64,000 nt of DNA from an uncultured Oscillospiraceae bacterium (lineage in GTDB: Bacteria > Bacillota > Clostridia > Oscillospirales > Oscillospiraceae), in assembly GCA_944387205.1 (NCBI GenBank), contig CALXDZ010000118.1:16309-80308 (forward strand), read 5' to 3'. Below, piece by piece: positions 19,073-29,668 of the stretch. The translations under genes were made by a program, and so were the position numbers. A model generated the notes under the pieces. The model saw nothing but the letters and a program-made list of their open reading frames with translations. It did no database searches and was not told the origin of the DNA. Numbering within the stretch: the stretch's first letter is position 1; each line of letters begins with the position of its first letter.

Positions 19073-19146
19073 GCTGGTTCCTCCTACTATCATTGGTGTA
19101 TCGGAGGGAGTCCCTCCGCATAATTCCGCAAGATAAAGTATAATTT

Positions 19147-19175
19147 ATTGTATTACGCTTTTCCCCCCAGGTCAA
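19147..19175 (-). promoter_or_regulatory. Internal sigma-A promoter for ftsZ
   Basis: TTGACC (19175-19170), 17 bp, TACAAT (19152-19147). Confidence 0.6.
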
Positions 19176-19225
19176 GCCTTACCAGGGATTTTACCGCTTT
19201 TTTCTTCTCTTGAAAAGAGGCTGTA

Positions 19226-19972
19226 TTACTTCGCCGGGATGAAAAATGTCTTTTCTTCGTCGTTCATGTTGAAGGTACCCGTCTCGTTGGTCTCCAGCTG
19301 GGAGATGGCACTGCTCAACTGATAGAGCTTCTTGGCGTAATCCGCCCCCCGGGGTAGCTCCACGGTGAAGCGGTCGGCATAATCCATGACCACCATGCCT
19401 GCGTCATCCAAGTGGATGCCGCCCATCTGATCCATTACGCCCGCATTCTCCAGGGCCGCCAGCAGCGCGCACAGTTCCGTCTTGTCGCTTTCCTCCTCCA
19501 TCTCTACCCAGCTGCCTACCGCCGGGTCCACCAGCACGCAGCCGTCCACCCGGGGCAGATCGCTGGTAGTCTTCTTCTCCACGATCTTACCTTGGGGACT
19601 GATCAGCCAGTAGGAGCCGTTCTGGGCAATGGCCGCCACAGCGCTGCACTCCGTCACCTCGATCACCAGGGTATCCGGCGGCTGGCGGTTGATGCGAACG
19701 TCCTGCACATAGGGACATTGCTGATAGATATTTGCTGATACCGTATATTTATTTAAGAGGTACAGGTTGTCGCCTGCGGAAACGCCGGCGGCCTCCAGAA
19801 TGGCAGCCTCGGAATAGCGGGACTCGCCAATGACCTCAATGTTCTCCACCTTAAAAAACAGTGTCAGGGCAGCTACGATGGCAGCGCAGATGATCAGCAC
19901 GGACAAAAGCTTATAGAGAAAGGTAAATCTTCCTCTTCTGCGCCGTCTGCTGCCGTATCGCTTTCTTGCCAT
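19226..19972 (-). CDS. ftsQ: FtsQ/DivIB cell division protein
   Basis: Basic N-terminus, single TM, POTRA (FKVENIEVIG...PDTLVIEVTE); dcw position. Confidence 0.85.
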   Translation of the reverse strand: MARKRYGSRRRRRGRFTFLYKLLSVLIICAAIVAALTLFFKVENIEVIGESRYSEAAILEAAGVSAGDNLYLLNKYTVSANIYQQCPYVQDVRINRQPPDTLVIEVTECSAVAAIAQNGSYWLISPQGKIVEKKTTSDLPRVDGCVLVDPAVGSWVEMEEESDKTELCALLAALENAGVMDQMGGIHLDDAGMVVMDYADRFTVELPRGADYAKKLYQLSSAISQLETNETGTFNMNDEEKTFFIPAK

Positions 19973-20056
19973 GTCTGTCCTCACCTCGCCTCTCCCCCGC
20001 AGGAGGCATGCTCCCACGGGGATTGGTCTCTTTCGTCTTGGGCGGGCACAGCCGCC

Positions 20057-21316
20057 TTACGCCTGGATTCGGCGTATTTTTGCACCCAGGGCCGTCAGGT
20101 CCCGGGCCAGGTCCTCATAGCCCCGGTCGATATGCTCTGTGCAGGAGATAGTGCTCTCCCCTTGGGCACTGAGGGCCGCCACAGCCAGGGCAGCACCGCC
20201 CCGCAGATCCGTGGCCCGCAGCACGGCGCCCCGCAGGCTCTCCACGCCGCACACCACCGCCACTCTGCCCTCCACCCGGATGTCAGCGCCCATGCGGATC
20301 ATCTCGTCCACATGGCGGTAGCGGTTTTCAAATATGTTCTCCACAAACACTGTGGCTCCCTGGCTGCGCAGCAGTGCGGCCATCAGCACCGCCTGGGCAT
20401 CGGTGGGAAATCCAGGATAGGGAGCCGTCCGCACCGGCCGAATGGCTCTCAAACGCCCGGCCCGCTCAATGGCGATGCCCCGGGGCTCGCTGCGGATGCG
20501 GCATCCCGCCTCCGTCAGCGCGGCGGTGACCGTGGAAAGCTGGCGGTAGTCCACACCGGTGAGGCGGGCCTCTCCGCCTGCTGCCGCGGCGGCGCACAGA
20601 TAAGTGGCCGCCACGATCCGGTCTCCCATACAGCGGTGGGCGCAGCCGTGGAGCGTCGCGCCGCCCTCCACCATTATGGTGGAGCTGCCTGCTCCACGGA
20701 CCCAGGCGCCGCAGGCATTGAGGAACCGCTGGAGGTCCACGATCTCCGGCTCCCGGGCGGCATTGCAGATGATGGTGGTGCCCCGGGCGCCCACAGCCGC
20801 CAGAATGGCGTTCTCCGTAGCCCCCACACTGGGCAGCGCCAATGTCAGCTCCGTACCCTGCAATCCGGCAGCCCGGCAGCGCAGACAACCGCCCCGGTCC
20901 TCGATCTCCGCCCCCAGCTCCCGCAGAGCCCGCAGGTGCAGATCGATGGGCCGGGGTCCCAGCTCGCAGCCTCCAGGATAGCTCAACTCCGCTGCCCCCA
21001 GGCGGGCCAGAATGGCCCCCAGGAAGATAACGGAGGAGCGCATCTCCCGCATCAGGTCGTCGGGAATGTCAAAGCGGTCCATGTTCGTGGTGTCCGCCAC
21101 CAGAGCCCCGTCCTCCCACCAGGCAGTACAGCCCAAGTGGCGCAAAATGCGAACGGATGCCTCCACGTCGCTGAGACGCGGACAGTTTTCAATAATACAT
21201 ACGTCACGGGTCAGCACCGTGGCGGCCAAAATGGGCAGCACGCCGTTTTTTGCTCCCTGCACGTCCACCTGGCCTGAGAGCCGATTTCCGCCCTCGATCC
21301 ATAGCTGAGTCGTCAT
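20057..21316 (-). CDS. murA: UDP-N-acetylglucosamine 1-carboxyvinyltransferase
   Basis: GAKN, PGGCELGPRPIDLH, SVGATEN, PYPGFPTDAQ, TDLRGGAA. Confidence 0.95.
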   Translation of the reverse strand: MTTQLWIEGGNRLSGQVDVQGAKNGVLPILAATVLTRDVCIIENCPRLSDVEASVRILRHLGCTAWWEDGALVADTTNMDRFDIPDDLMREMRSSVIFLGAILARLGAAELSYPGGCELGPRPIDLHLRALRELGAEIEDRGGCLRCRAAGLQGTELTLALPSVGATENAILAAVGARGTTIICNAAREPEIVDLQRFLNACGAWVRGAGSSTIMVEGGATLHGCAHRCMGDRIVAATYLCAAAAAGGEARLTGVDYRQLSTVTAALTEAGCRIRSEPRGIAIERAGRLRAIRPVRTAPYPGFPTDAQAVLMAALLRSQGATVFVENIFENRYRHVDEMIRMGADIRVEGRVAVVCGVESLRGAVLRATDLRGGAALAVAALSAQGESTISCTEHIDRGYEDLARDLTALGAKIRRIQA

Positions 21317-21375
21317 ACTTTCCCCTCCGCATACTGGTTTTCTGCCCCATAGTATGCCGGAGGGAAAAGAAAGGG

Positions 21376-22497
21376 TTACCTGCCGATGGAGAGGATGGTG
21401 GAGCAGATGCGCTCCGTGGCGTCTGGGATGCCCAGATCAGCCATGGCCCGGGACATGGCGCTGTGCCGCTCTGGATCGTGGAGGATGGCGGCGGTCTTTT
21501 CAAAGAGGACCTTGCCGCTGCTGTCCTTTTCCAGGATCACACAGGCCCCGCCGTGGTCCTCCAGGACTCGGGCGTTTTTCTCCTGGTGGTTGTTGGTGAC
21601 ATTGGGAGAGGGCACCATCACCGCCGGGACCCCCAGGGCCGTCAGCTCGCTGATGGTGGAGGCGCCGGCCCGGCACAGCACCAGGTCCGCCGCCCGCATG
21701 ACCACAGCCATGTCGTAGATATACTCCCGCAGATGCAGCGCCGGGTGGGCCTTCAGGTCCACGCCCCGCCGCTCCAGATCCGCCAGCAGATTGGGAAAGC
21801 CGCTCTTGCCCGCACCGTGGATGTGGTGAAAGGGCTCCCTGGCGGCCTCCAGCTGAAACATCTCCGCCATCTGGCGGTTCATCTCGCTGGCGCCCAGAGA
21901 ACCCCAGAAGGAGACCACCAGAGGCCGTTCGTCTGTCAGTCCCAGCTTATCTCGTGCCTCCTGCCGGGTACACTGGAAAAAGTCGCCCCGCACCGGCGTG
22001 CCGGTGACAACCACCTTCTCCGGGTGCTTATAGTGACGGCGGCAGTCCTCAAAGCCCACCATGATCCGGTCGGCAAAGGGCTCCAGCATCTGAGTGGTCA
22101 GGCCCGGCACCATATTGGACTCGTGAACAGCAGTAGGGATACCGGCCTTGGCCGCCGCTTTCACCATGGGAAAGCTGGCATAGCCGCCGGTGCCCACCAC
22201 GAAGTCAGGCTGGAACGCCTTCAAAATGGCATTGGCCTCTCCCGGTGCCCGCATTAGGTTATACACCGACACAAAGTTATGCCGCAGCTCCGCCGGACGG
22301 ACGGAGCGGTGAAAGCTGGAGATATGGACCGTGCAAAAGTCGTAGCCGGCCTTGGGTACCAGGTCCTTCTCCAGGCCCCGCTCCGCTCCTACGAACAGTA
22401 CCCGGCACTCCGGGTCCATCTCCCGGAACCGGCCCGCCAAAGCCAGGGCAGGATTGATGTGTCCGGCAGTGCCACCGCAGGTAAATAGAATACGCAT
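21376..22497 (-). CDS. murG: Lipid II GlcNAc transferase
   Basis: GGTAGHINPA, GTGGYAS, HESN, RAGASTISE, HQEKNA. Confidence 0.96.
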   Translation of the reverse strand: MRILFTCGGTAGHINPALALAGRFREMDPECRVLFVGAERGLEKDLVPKAGYDFCTVHISSFHRSVRPAELRHNFVSVYNLMRAPGEANAILKAFQPDFVVGTGGYASFPMVKAAAKAGIPTAVHESNMVPGLTTQMLEPFADRIMVGFEDCRRHYKHPEKVVVTGTPVRGDFFQCTRQEARDKLGLTDERPLVVSFWGSLGASEMNRQMAEMFQLEAAREPFHHIHGAGKSGFPNLLADLERRGVDLKAHPALHLREYIYDMAVVMRAADLVLCRAGASTISELTALGVPAVMVPSPNVTNNHQEKNARVLEDHGGACVILEKDSSGKVLFEKTAAILHDPERHSAMSRAMADLGIPDATERICSTILSIGR

Positions 22498-22597
22498 AGT
22501 AGCATTCAGCTCCTTTTATCCCTTTTGTATTGGGATTGGAGGAAATTTTCCACATCCGGGGCTGTACCCCGCAGGTTTCTGCAATAGATCAATTCGT

Positions 22598-23824
22598 CTA
22601 GGAAGGGGGTGCCTTCATCTGCCGTGAGACGGATAGGACCACGCCCATCTCCGCCAGCTGGATCATCAGTGCGGTGCCGCCGTAACTGAAAAAGGGAAGG
22701 GAAATCCCAGTGGTGGGTACTGCACCAGTGACCACAGCGATATTCAAAATGGTCTGCATGGCGATCAGGGTAGTGACGCCCACCGCCAGGAGGCTGCCGA
22801 AGCGGTCCCGAGCGTTGAGGGCAATCCAGTATCCCCGGAGGACCAGAGCAGCGAAGAGCAGCATAATGAGGGCCGCACCGATAAGTCCCAGCTCTTCGCA
22901 CACCACAGCGAAGATGAAGTCATTGTGCTCCTCAGGCAGGTAGAGATACTTCTGGCGGCTCTTGCCCAGGCCCACGCCCAACAATCCGCCGGAGCCGATG
23001 GCCAAATAGCTCTGAACCATCTGATAGCCATCACCTTGTGCATCCAGCCAGGGATTCAGCCACATAGAGAGGCGTGAGTGGCCGTAGCCCATGACACCCA
23101 GCACCAGATAGGCGCCCACGGCCGCCAGCAACAGTACACCGCCCACCCATTTCCACCGGATGCCGCCCACCAGCATAAGGACGGCACCGATGCCCAGGAT
23201 CAGCACAGTACCTGACAGATGGGGCTCCAGCATCATCAGCAGCGCGATGACGCCCAGAATCACCACATAGGGCAAGATGCCCTGGCGAAAGGTCTGCATT
23301 TTATCTTTTTTTCTGGAAATATCGTCGGAGAAATAGAGAATAACACCCAGTTTTGCAATCTCAGAGGGCTGAAAGGTGAACAGGTCTCCTATGCCCAGCC
23401 AGCGGGTGGCATTGTTGCGGGTGACGCTGAGGGGATTGCCGGGGATGATGACCAACACCAGCAGCACGATGGAACCATACAGGGCCAGCTTGGCCAAGCC
23501 CCGGAAGCGCTGATAGTTGATCTTTCCGATAACCACCATGGCCACCAATCCGCCCACGGCAAAAATGCCCTGACGGACAAAGTAGTGTGTGGGGTCGTTG
23601 TTGATGTAGTAGGCGGAGGGAAAACTGGCGGAGAAGAGCATAATAAGGCCGATAGCGGTCAACACCAGCACCAGCACCAGGAAGGGCAGATCCAGAGGGC
23701 CTCTGGCAGCCTCATAGCTCTCCTTGCGCAGCTGGCGGATGTGCTCCCGGTGGGCCTTTTCCTGCTCCCGGCGCTGCCGCTCCCGCTCCCGGCGCTGCTG
23801 GCGCTGCCACTGCTCTCTTGTCAT
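22598..23824 (-). CDS. ftsW: SEDS peptidoglycan glycosyltransferase FtsW/SpoVE
   Basis: FQPSEIAK, LPEEHNDFIF, PTTGISLPFFSYGG. Confidence 0.92.
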   Translation of the reverse strand: MTREQWQRQQRRERERQRREQEKAHREHIRQLRKESYEAARGPLDLPFLVLVLVLTAIGLIMLFSASFPSAYYINNDPTHYFVRQGIFAVGGLVAMVVIGKINYQRFRGLAKLALYGSIVLLVLVIIPGNPLSVTRNNATRWLGIGDLFTFQPSEIAKLGVILYFSDDISRKKDKMQTFRQGILPYVVILGVIALLMMLEPHLSGTVLILGIGAVLMLVGGIRWKWVGGVLLLAAVGAYLVLGVMGYGHSRLSMWLNPWLDAQGDGYQMVQSYLAIGSGGLLGVGLGKSRQKYLYLPEEHNDFIFAVVCEELGLIGAALIMLLFAALVLRGYWIALNARDRFGSLLAVGVTTLIAMQTILNIAVVTGAVPTTGISLPFFSYGGTALMIQLAEMGVVLSVSRQMKAPPS

Positions 23825-23887
23825 GGCGCTCCCTCCTTTCTGCCGCTGTGCGGCCCAGTTCTTCCGGCTCTCCCGGGGAGAGCTCTT

Positions 23888-24874
23888 TTATCCTGGGAAA
23901 CGCCCGGAAATTCCCCACAGAGCCAGGGCGCAGCACACCACGGTGATGCCGGCGAACACGCTCACCAGCTTCACCTCGCTCCAGCCGCACAGCTCCAGAT
24001 GGTGGTGCAGCGGTGCCATTTTGAAGATCCGCTTGCCGTGAGTGAGTTTAAAATAGCCCACCTGCAGGATATCCGACATGGTCTCGGCGATGTAGATGAT
24101 GCCCACAGGAATGAGGATCAGGGGCATATCATAGGCGAAAGCCATGGCGGCCACGGCGCCGCCCAGGAAAAGAGACCCCGTATCACCCATAAAGACCTTG
24201 GCGGGATGGAAATTGTAGATCAAAAAGCCCAGCAGGCCGCCCATAAGGGCGCCAGAGAAGATGCCCAGCTCCGTATAGCCCCACCAGGCAGCCGCAATGG
24301 TGAAGAACAGCGCCACCGGCACAGTGACGGAGGCAGCCAGACCATCGATACCATCGGTGAGGTTGACAGCGTTGACAGCGCCCACGATGACAAAGGCCGC
24401 AAAGACCAGATACACCAGCCAGGGCAGCTCCCAATAGACATTAAAGAAGGGGATGTACAAGCTGGGACTCAGCAGGCCCTCATACCGCATCAGGCACAAA
24501 AAGGCCACGGCGGCGGCCAGCTGCAGCAAAAACTTTTGCCGGGCAGTAAGGCCCAGGTTCTGGTGCATCCGCACCTTCCGATAGTCGTCCACATAGCCGA
24601 TGGCGCCAAAGACCAGGGCAAAGAGATAGACATAGAGATGGGAAAAGCTGCCCGAAAGCATAAAATTCCATCCCAGCGCCACCGTAGCCACGCCTGCGCC
24701 GGCAATGAACATCAGTCCGCCCATGGTAGGCGTGCCCTGTTTGGACATATGCCAGGTGGGACCATCCTCCCGGATGCTCTGTCCCGCCTTCAGCCGGCGC
24801 AGAAAGGGCACCAGAAAGTGCCCCACAATAGCTGTCACCACAAAGCTGAGCACACAGGCCAGTATCATTTCCAT
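23888..24874 (-). CDS. mraY: Phospho-MurNAc-pentapeptide transferase
   Basis: KQGTPTMGG, NAVNLTDGIDGL, FMGDTGS, MAPLHHH. Confidence 0.96.
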   Translation of the reverse strand: MEMILACVLSFVVTAIVGHFLVPFLRRLKAGQSIREDGPTWHMSKQGTPTMGGLMFIAGAGVATVALGWNFMLSGSFSHLYVYLFALVFGAIGYVDDYRKVRMHQNLGLTARQKFLLQLAAAVAFLCLMRYEGLLSPSLYIPFFNVYWELPWLVYLVFAAFVIVGAVNAVNLTDGIDGLAASVTVPVALFFTIAAAWWGYTELGIFSGALMGGLLGFLIYNFHPAKVFMGDTGSLFLGGAVAAMAFAYDMPLILIPVGIIYIAETMSDILQVGYFKLTHGKRIFKMAPLHHHLELCGWSEVKLVSVFAGITVVCCALALWGISGRFPG

Positions 24875-24956
24875 GATTTCCTTCCTCTCCACACGGCCGC
24901 CTCCCCGGCGGCCGCGCTTTTGTAATCACGGCTCTCCTCCCCGGAAAGCCGTCTCC

Positions 24957-26405
24957 TTATTTTTCAGCGGCCAGGTGTGCCGCCACCACTTCTCTCTCAT
25001 CCAGGTGGTGCTTGATGTGGTTGATCTCCTGGTAGGTCTCATGACCCTTGCCGCACAACACGATGACGTCGTCCTTGCAGGCGTGGTCCATAGCCCAGCC
25101 AATGGCCTCCACCCGGTTCTCCACCACCGTATAGCGGTCCTCGGCTCCCGCCATGCCCGGCAGGATCTCGGCGATGATGGCCGCCGGGTCCTCGGTGCGG
25201 GGGTTGTCGGCGGTGACCACGGAGAAGTCCGCCAGGCGGGCCGCCACGGCGCCCATCTTGGGCCGCTTGGTCCGGTCCCGGTCTCCGCCGCAGCCGAACA
25301 CCGCCACCACCCGGCCCTTGGCAAAGCCCCGGACAGCGGCGAGCACATTCTCCAGAGCATCGGGGCTGTGGGCATAGTCGATAAGAATGGTATAGTCCTT
25401 TCCGGGGGTAGGGACCACCTCCACCCGGCCCTTCACATGGGCGCTGCGGCCCAGAGCGTCAGCGCTCTTGTCCAGGGGAATGCCCAGAGCCAGAGCCGCC
25501 CCCAGCACGCCCAGAGTATTATATACCATAAAGCCGCCAGGAATGCCCACCCGGACCCGGACCCGCTCCGAGGCCGTGACGGCGTCAAAAGCGACGTGGT
25601 CCGCGGCCAGCTCGATGTTCTCCGCCCGTAAATCTGCCCCAGGGTGCTCTCCATAGGTGAACAGGCGGCAGGTAGCCTCAGCTGTCAATCGCTCCATCCA
25701 GGGGTCATCCCGGTTGCACACACCCACGGCGCAGTTGCGGAACAAAATGGCCTTGGCGTCGCAGTAAGCCTCCATGGTCTTGTGGAAATCCAAGTGGTCC
25801 TGGGTCAAATTGGTGAAGATGCCCACGGCAAAGGGCACGCCGTAGACCCGATCCAGATACAGGGCATGAGAAGAGCCCTCCATGACCACATGGGTGCAGC
25901 CGCCGTCGGCCATCTGGCGGAACAGGCGCTGGACCTCAAAGGACTCAGGGGTGGTGCGCTCGGTGGGGATCACCTGAGCGCCGATCATATTTTGGTTGGT
26001 GCCGATGAGGCCCACGGTGGCCCCTGCCTCCTGCTCCAGGATGTCCTTGAGCAGATAGGTGGTGGTGGTCTTTCCATTGGTGCCGGTAACGGCAATGATC
26101 TTCATCTGCTCCGCCGGATGGCCGAACCCGTTGGCGGTAAGCACAGCCAGAGCCCGGCGGGAATCCTTCACCCGCACAAAGGGCAGTGCTGTTTCCACCG
26201 GGTGCTCACACAGCACGCACACGGCCCCTGCTTCCGCCGCCCTGCCCACGAAGGTGTGGCCATCAGTGGCAAAACCGGTCATGGCAACAAACAAATCTCC
26301 GGGCGCCGTGTGCCGGGAGTCATAGCTGACACCCCGAATCTCCATGGCAAGGTCGGCGGTGGTCTCCTGGATCTCGATCCCCTGCAGCAAATCCTGTAAA
26401 CGCAT
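24957..26405 (-). CDS. murE: UDP-MurNAc-tripeptide synthetase (meso-DAP type)
   Basis: TGTNGKTT, DYAHSPD, DNPR (DAP specificity motif), GKGHETYQ. Confidence 0.95.
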   Translation of the reverse strand: MRLQDLLQGIEIQETTADLAMEIRGVSYDSRHTAPGDLFVAMTGFATDGHTFVGRAAEAGAVCVLCEHPVETALPFVRVKDSRRALAVLTANGFGHPAEQMKIIAVTGTNGKTTTTYLLKDILEQEAGATVGLIGTNQNMIGAQVIPTERTTPESFEVQRLFRQMADGGCTHVVMEGSSHALYLDRVYGVPFAVGIFTNLTQDHLDFHKTMEAYCDAKAILFRNCAVGVCNRDDPWMERLTAEATCRLFTYGEHPGADLRAENIELAADHVAFDAVTASERVRVRVGIPGGFMVYNTLGVLGAALALGIPLDKSADALGRSAHVKGRVEVVPTPGKDYTILIDYAHSPDALENVLAAVRGFAKGRVVAVFGCGGDRDRTKRPKMGAVAARLADFSVVTADNPRTEDPAAIIAEILPGMAGAEDRYTVVENRVEAIGWAMDHACKDDVIVLCGKGHETYQEINHIKHHLDEREVVAAHLAAEK

Positions 26406-26582
26406 TGGTGTTCATCCTCTCCCGCCGCCTAGGCGGCGCATCGTATCTCCAAAGGGAAAGCTCCCTTTGGCGTCTGGGGGAGGCGTCCTTGAGACTCCTC
26501 GTCAGGCAGGCCTTATTATACAATACGCTTTTCCCAAGTATATGGAATATTATGCCTCTTTTATTGCAAAAAGTGTCTTTTC

Positions 26583-28898
26583 TTAGTCCAACATAGAACT
26601 GTCGCCGAACTGGACAGTGACCACGGTGCCGGCCGCCACCTGGGTGCCGGCCGCCTCAGACTGGGAAATGGCCAAAACGTTGCCGGAACTGCTGGAAGTG
26701 GTGCCGGCCACTTTTAGGATGAGGCCCGCATTGGTCAGAGCTACATTGGCCTGCTCCGCCGTCTTGCCCACCACATTGGGCACGGTGCACAGAGCATCCG
26801 GCTTCTCCGCACCCATATAGAGGATGATGGTGGCAGTGCCGGGAACAATGGCGCCGCCCACCGGGGTCTGGTCGGTGACGGTGGCACCGGAGCCCACGGT
26901 CTTATAGGCGAAGCCGCTCTTGCTCAGACGCTCCTTGGCCTCCTCCAGGGTCATGCCCACCACGTTGGGCACGGTGGTATCGGCGCTGGCCAGGTCGGTA
27001 CTGGCATAGTCCGGCTGGATGCCCAGCTCCGGCAGCACCTCTGCCATGATCTTACTGGCGGTGGGTGCCACCATGTTGCCGCCGGAGACATAGGTTCCGG
27101 TGGTACGGCTGGGAGTGTCCATAGTCAGCAGCATGATGACCTCAGGATCATCCGCAGGCGCAAAGCACACAAAGGAGACCACCACATCGCCGGTGCCGGT
27201 CTTATCGGCGGTACCGGTCTTGCCGCCGATGCGGTAGCCGGCCACCTGGCCGTTTTTGCCGGTGCCGGAGGACACCACGTATTCCAGGCACTCCCGCACG
27301 GTGGCGGAGGTGTCCTCACTGATGACCTGGCGGACAGGGGTGGAGCTGTCGTGCTGGAAAACAATGTTGCCGTCGTCGTCCAGGATCTGCTCTACCAAAT
27401 AAGGCGTGCGCAGGTAGCCGCCGTTGACACAGGCTGCCTGGGCAGTGATGAGAGCGATGGGAGTAACATTGCAGGTCTGACCGAAGGCATAGGCCGCCAG
27501 AGAGACCACGTTCTTACCGAAGTCCTCCTCGCTGGCAAAGATGCCGGCCTGCTCGCCGTTGAGCTCGATGCCGGTGGCCTCCATGAGGCCAAAGTCCTTC
27601 ATATATTGATAATAGGTACTGGTGCCCAGCTTTAGGCCCATAGTGATAAAGGCCGGATTGCAGGAGTTTCCGGTGGCCACCTTCAGGGTCTGAAGCCCGT
27701 GGCCCGCCCGCTTGGAGCAGTTAATGGCCTTGCTCCAGCCGGGCACATGGATGGAGCCGTTGCAGGTGAACTGGGTGTTCATGTTCACCACGCCCTCCTC
27801 CAGGGCAGCGGAGAGGGTCAAAATCTTGAAGGTGGAGCCAGGCTCATAGGTGTCGTTGACGTTCTTATTCCGCCACTGCTTATTTTGGGCAGCGCCCTTG
27901 GCGTCGGCCAGGGCATCTCCCTCCAGCCCTTCCAGACTCTCCAGAAGCTTTTCGTCCTGAATAGCCCAGGGATCGTTCAGATCATAGTCCGGCAAAGAGG
28001 CCATGGCCAGGACCGCTCCGGTATTGACATTCATAATAAGGCCACATGCACCGTTGGCGGCATCGTGCTGCTCCACCATCTCCTTCAGACCGCTCTCCAG
28101 ATAGTACTGGACAGTACTGTCGATGGTAGTCACCAGGTTGTTGCCGTTTTGCGCGTCATAGTACTGCTCATACTGATAGAGCATATCAGTACCGGCGGCA
28201 TTCTTGGCGGTGACCACCAGGCCCGAGGAGCCGGTGAGCTCATCATTGAAGATCGCTTCCAGGCCGTAGGCACCCACGTTGTCGGCGTTGACGAAGCCGA
28301 TGACCTGGGAGGCCAGGGAGCCGTAGGGATAGTGCCGCTTGGAATCGCTCTCCATGTAGATGCCGTACAGGCGCTGATAGTCTCCATTCTCATCGGGCTG
28401 GAGCTCATTGCCCTCGTCGTCGATCTCGCCGTTGATGAAGCGGCGGATCTCATCGGCAATGTCCTGATCTACTTTCTTTTTCAAAATCTCATACTGGGAG
28501 GAGGTCTTTTCCATGTGCTCCAGAATGGTCTCCTCCGGGATCTCCAGGATGCGGCTCAGACCACGGGCAATGTAGTCGGCGTCCTGGTCCTCCTCGTGCT
28601 CCTTGATCTCCGCCGGAGAGATGAACACTGTCTCCGCCGTGGCGGAGATGGCCAGCACATTGCCGTCCCGGTCAGTGATGCTGCCCCGTGAGGCAGTGAT
28701 GACCGTGCTGCGGGTCTGCTGGGTGACGGCCTGCTCCTGCAGGTCCTTGTGGCGGATGATCTGCAGATAGTACAGCCGTCCCAGCAACACTGCAAAGGCT
28801 GCCACGCCCAAAAGTCCCATCACCAGCATGGTGCGAATGCGGATGGTTCGGTTGGCCCGGCGGGCCTCTTCACTTTTGCGTTTGGGATGCTCTTTCAC
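26583..28898 (-). CDS. Class B penicillin-binding protein with PASTA domains (FtsI/SpoVD-like)
   Basis: EPGSTFK, SCN, KTG motifs, two C-terminal PASTA repeats; GTG start 28898 after GGAGG. Confidence 0.92.
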   Translation of the reverse strand: MKEHPKRKSEEARRANRTIRIRTMLVMGLLGVAAFAVLLGRLYYLQIIRHKDLQEQAVTQQTRSTVITASRGSITDRDGNVLAISATAETVFISPAEIKEHEEDQDADYIARGLSRILEIPEETILEHMEKTSSQYEILKKKVDQDIADEIRRFINGEIDDEGNELQPDENGDYQRLYGIYMESDSKRHYPYGSLASQVIGFVNADNVGAYGLEAIFNDELTGSSGLVVTAKNAAGTDMLYQYEQYYDAQNGNNLVTTIDSTVQYYLESGLKEMVEQHDAANGACGLIMNVNTGAVLAMASLPDYDLNDPWAIQDEKLLESLEGLEGDALADAKGAAQNKQWRNKNVNDTYEPGSTFKILTLSAALEEGVVNMNTQFTCNGSIHVPGWSKAINCSKRAGHGLQTLKVATGNSCNPAFITMGLKLGTSTYYQYMKDFGLMEATGIELNGEQAGIFASEEDFGKNVVSLAAYAFGQTCNVTPIALITAQAACVNGGYLRTPYLVEQILDDDGNIVFQHDSSTPVRQVISEDTSATVRECLEYVVSSGTGKNGQVAGYRIGGKTGTADKTGTGDVVVSFVCFAPADDPEVIMLLTMDTPSRTTGTYVSGGNMVAPTASKIMAEVLPELGIQPDYASTDLASADTTVPNVVGMTLEEAKERLSKSGFAYKTVGSGATVTDQTPVGGAIVPGTATIILYMGAEKPDALCTVPNVVGKTAEQANVALTNAGLILKVAGTTSSSSGNVLAISQSEAAGTQVAAGTVVTVQFGDSSMLD

Positions 28899-29020
28899 TG
28901 TGGTTCCTCCAATTACACCGGAAAGTCCCCGGCTCAGAGACCGGGCAAACAGGTACACAAGGCAAGCAAGGAGTAAGAAGTCTCCCTTCTTACTCCTCGT
29001 TGTCATCTATATGGCCGCAG

Positions 29021-29578
29021 TCAATCGAAATATTCCACCACGGCATAAATGCCATGGCTCAGGGAGGTAAAGACACGGCTGAGGACGCCGGCCTCCTGCC
29101 GCTGGTAGACCACCGCATTGTCGGAGCCGGACATATCGATGTAATAGATCTGGCTGCTGCTGGGCTTGCTCATGCCGGCCGCCTCCGCTGCCTCCTTGAT
29201 GGTGGACAGGTCAAAGGTCTGCTCATACTTGGTAGTCAGAGACACGTTCTCCGTCTGAAGCTCGGAAAGCTCGCTTTGCAGCTTTACCACCTCCGAGGAG
29301 ATGACCGTCAGCTGCACATACTGGCTCAGCGTCACCACCGCCAGGGCAGTCACCGCCAGAAAGCCCAGCACAGACACCACCGACAAATGCTGGCGCTGTC
29401 TGGCCCGGGGAGCTGTTACACTGCGGACCTTGGGAGAAGGCACCGCCTCCCTGCGCACATCCTCCCCGGCGTGGCGCAGGGCATACTCCCGGCTCATGGC
29501 GTCCAGATCATAGGCCAGGTCTCCATATGTGGTTCCTCTGCGCTCTTGGGCGCGGAGTGCTCTTGCGCTGGCAGCCAT
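29021..29578 (-). CDS. ftsL: FtsL-like septum protein
   Basis: Single TM plus leucine heptad coiled coil between rsmH and the PBP gene. Confidence 0.7.
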   Translation of the reverse strand: MAASARALRAQERRGTTYGDLAYDLDAMSREYALRHAGEDVRREAVPSPKVRSVTAPRARQRQHLSVVSVLGFLAVTALAVVTLSQYVQLTVISSEVVKLQSELSELQTENVSLTTKYEQTFDLSTIKEAAEAAGMSKPSSSQIYYIDMSGSDNAVVYQRQEAGVLSRVFTSLSHGIYAVVEYFD

Positions 29579-29668
29579 GGGCCTCCATCCTCCCTTTTGT
29601 ACAAATATTTTTCTCCCGACCTTTGCTATTGGAAAACAGGCCACACACCGGCTCCGTCTTTCCTCCGG